Below are positions 62,383-64,000 of a stretch of DNA of 64,000 nt, piece by piece. Position 1 is the stretch's first letter. Every line of letters starts with the position of its first letter. Source of the stretch: Endomicrobiales bacterium. GTDB lineage: Bacteria > Elusimicrobiota > Endomicrobiia > Endomicrobiales > CAWCFT01. The notes under the pieces were generated by a model. It did no database searches, was not told where the DNA came from, and saw only the letters and a program-made list of their open reading frames with translations. The translations under genes and the position numbers were made by a program. Location of the stretch: NCBI GenBank assembly GCA_963794945.1, contig CAWCFT010000003.1, positions 32,001 to 96,000 of the forward strand, read 5' to 3'.

Positions 62383-62411
62383 AATATAATAAAACATTGT
62401 TCAAATGTCAA
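62383..62411 (-). promoter_or_regulatory. Sigma70 promoter
   Basis: Minus-strand TTGACA (62411-06), 17 nt, TATATT (62388-83). Confidence 0.7.
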
Positions 62412-62581
62412 GGCTTTTGGCAAAAAATAGCAGGCAAGAATTAATAAGACAGGGTTGCGATTCCCAAAACATTTTCTATGCAAGGCAGAAAAATCGGACA
62501 TCGCGATAGGTTTGACTTGAAAAGACGTTTTTGTTTTGCACTATACTATTATACTGCGTCATGTTCTTTAGTCTATAGTTA

Positions 62582-63043
62582 TTATAATGTTGACTTTTTA
62601 AGTCTTTTTAAATCTTTGATGTCTTTGTCCCTGCCGAAATATTCTTTCAATTTAATCAAATCTTCTTTTGAAATGAAATGCGCCACTGTCCCTTTAAAGG
62701 TTCCGGTTTGTTTATGGGAATAAGCATCTTCAAATGAAAGCTTTTCCTGCGAGTTGAAAATATCTATTCTGTTTGGCTCTTTGCCTATAAAGAATATCTC
62801 TTTATCACCCAACAGTTCTGCCTTGTCGATTTCCAGCCCGCAGAATTCCTTGATCGCTTTAGCGCAACGTTCGGCGTTAGGCTCGGTTTTCCTTATCCAA
62901 AAATCAATATCTTGAGTTTCTCTAGGAATTTTTGTGTGAAATATGGTAGAGTACGCCCCTATAACAAGATAATCTACCTTATTAATATTTAGAAGGTCTA
63001 TGAACTCTTTATAGTCATTCTCAACTTGTTTTTCTTCTACCAT
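62582..63043 (-). CDS. Nucleotidyltransferase-fold protein
   Basis: YLVIGAY...H..PRETQDIDFW, RIDIF and LIKLK...GRDKD..DL. Confidence 0.83.
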   Translation of the reverse strand: MVEEKQVENDYKEFIDLLNINKVDYLVIGAYSTIFHTKIPRETQDIDFWIRKTEPNAERCAKAIKEFCGLEIDKAELLGDKEIFFIGKEPNRIDIFNSQEKLSFEDAYSHKQTGTFKGTVAHFISKEDLIKLKEYFGRDKDIKDLKRLKKSTL

Positions 63044-63230
63044 GGGTGTTCCTGTCTATCCGTGCCGGCTCATTACTGCAAAAGAAACCTTTTCTTGCGG
63101 TTCTGATCTTGCCCAATACATTAAGGGCTGTCTCGAAATCCTTTGCCACATTTAAGGATTCCACTTCTTCATGAGTGCCAGTCCCGTAAAGTATTTCGCG
63201 GTTGTTTTTAACGACCTTATTTAATTTCAT
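63021..63230 (-). CDS. Small hypothetical protein overlapping the NTase start
   Basis: 69-aa ORF, co-directional, with a 23-nt overlap. Confidence 0.55.
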   Translation of the reverse strand: MKLNKVVKNNREILYGTGTHEEVESLNVAKDFETALNVLGKIRTARKGFFCSNEPARIDRNTHGRRKTS

Positions 63231-63296
63231 GATATTTTTATACCATATCCTTGTATATATTTCAAGGCTCGGCGTGAAAAATAGAGGCGCAGAAAA

Positions 63297-64000
63297 TCAC
63301 GCTTTATTGGTTTTATTAAAAACTATCGTCTCGCCCGAGTAGTCGCGTTTGAGGTCGGCGGCGACTTCATCGCCTTCTTTAAACTCTCCGGAAATTATTT
63401 TTGTGGAGAGCGGGTTAAGTATCAGTTTCTGGAGAACGCGCTTGAGCTGGCCTCGCGCCGAAGGCTGGGTCGTAGCCTTCTTTCGCTATAAAGTTCCGGG
63501 CGCTTTTCGAAAGAATCAGTGTTATTTTCCTTTCACCGAGACGTTTTTCTATAAGTTTAAGCTGTATGTCTATTATACCCTGAAGCTCGTCGGCTCCCAG
63601 CCGCCTGAATATAATGGTTTCATCTATGCGGTTTAGGAACTCGGGTTTGAAATGGGCGCTCAGCGCTTCGAGGACACGTTTTTTTATCTCGTTATAATCT
63701 GTGCTTTCCTGTATCCAGTTGGAGCCAATGTTGGACGTCATTATCACAACGGTGTTTTTGAAATCTACGGTCCTGCCCTGGCCGTCTGTCAGCCTGCCGT
63801 CATCAAGTATCTGCAGGAAAATGTTAAAGACCTCCGCGCTCGCTTTTTCTATTTCATCAAAAAGGATGACAGAATAAGGCCTGCGCCGCACAGCCTCGGT
63901 AAGCTGGCCGCCTTCTTCGAAGCCCACGTAGCCGGGAGGGGCGCCTATGAGCCGGGCAACCGAGTGTTTTTCCATGTATTCCGACATATCGATGCGTATG
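63297..64000 (-). CDS. clpB: ClpB/ClpC-family chaperone, 3' part only; frameshift at about 63448
   Basis: [47 protein letters not shown] and [15 protein letters not shown] is restored by removing one A. Confidence 0.9.

Noticed and set aside
2..64000. Widespread pseudogenisation, suggested by more than 20 split genes
   Set aside because: The breaks are single-base indels at recurring motifs or homopolymers, include housekeeping genes (proA, clpB, rsfS), and come without in-frame stop decay. Sequencing error is more likely.
1..64000. tRNA or rRNA genes
   Set aside because: No cloverleaf with T-loop consensus and no rRNA-like segment were seen by eye; tRNAscan-SE and barrnap would confirm.

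Overview
Bacterial chromosomal window. The PorV/PorQ-like and FlgD-Ig/T9SS-CTD-like genes plus the bat operon suggest a diderm, possibly Elusimicrobiota-like; this is inference only. (1) 1-12.4 kb (+): a chemosensory operon (MCP, cheR, cheY, cheB with an extra C-terminal domain, cheA, REC-PAS protein, FtsA-like ATPase, two cheC, cheD, a receiver, REC-TM-beta-propeller). No flagellar structural genes are in view. (2) 12.5-30.4 kb (+): a sigma70 promoter and two tandem GEMM-I riboswitches. The first has A and the second G at the specificity position (cGAMP-type and c-di-GMP-type), each with its own terminator. They precede a stand-alone sorting-domain protein, PorV-TPR, a compact FliF-FliG-TPR fusion, two giant periodic coiled-coil proteins, a LysM lipoprotein and a coiled-coil-TM-beta-propeller protein. 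This block is the best candidate for an undescribed envelope-spanning machine. (3) 30.5-35.4 kb (-): nadD-yqeK-LCP-pilT-cNMP/GAF-rsfS. (4) 35.5-46.2 kb: an accessory patch (NHL protein, serine hydrolase, IS110, RHH-PIN TA pair and others). (5) 46.3-64 kb (-): clpB (partial), an NTase pair, an Ig/CTD cargo with PorV, aconitase, proA and the moxR-DUF58-bat operon. Many genes are split by single-base indels. Ten fall on CAGAAC/GTTCTG and are repaired by restoring CAGAC/GTCTG, which points to motif-specific sequencing error rather than pseudogenes. All annotation is by eye from motifs; no searches were run.
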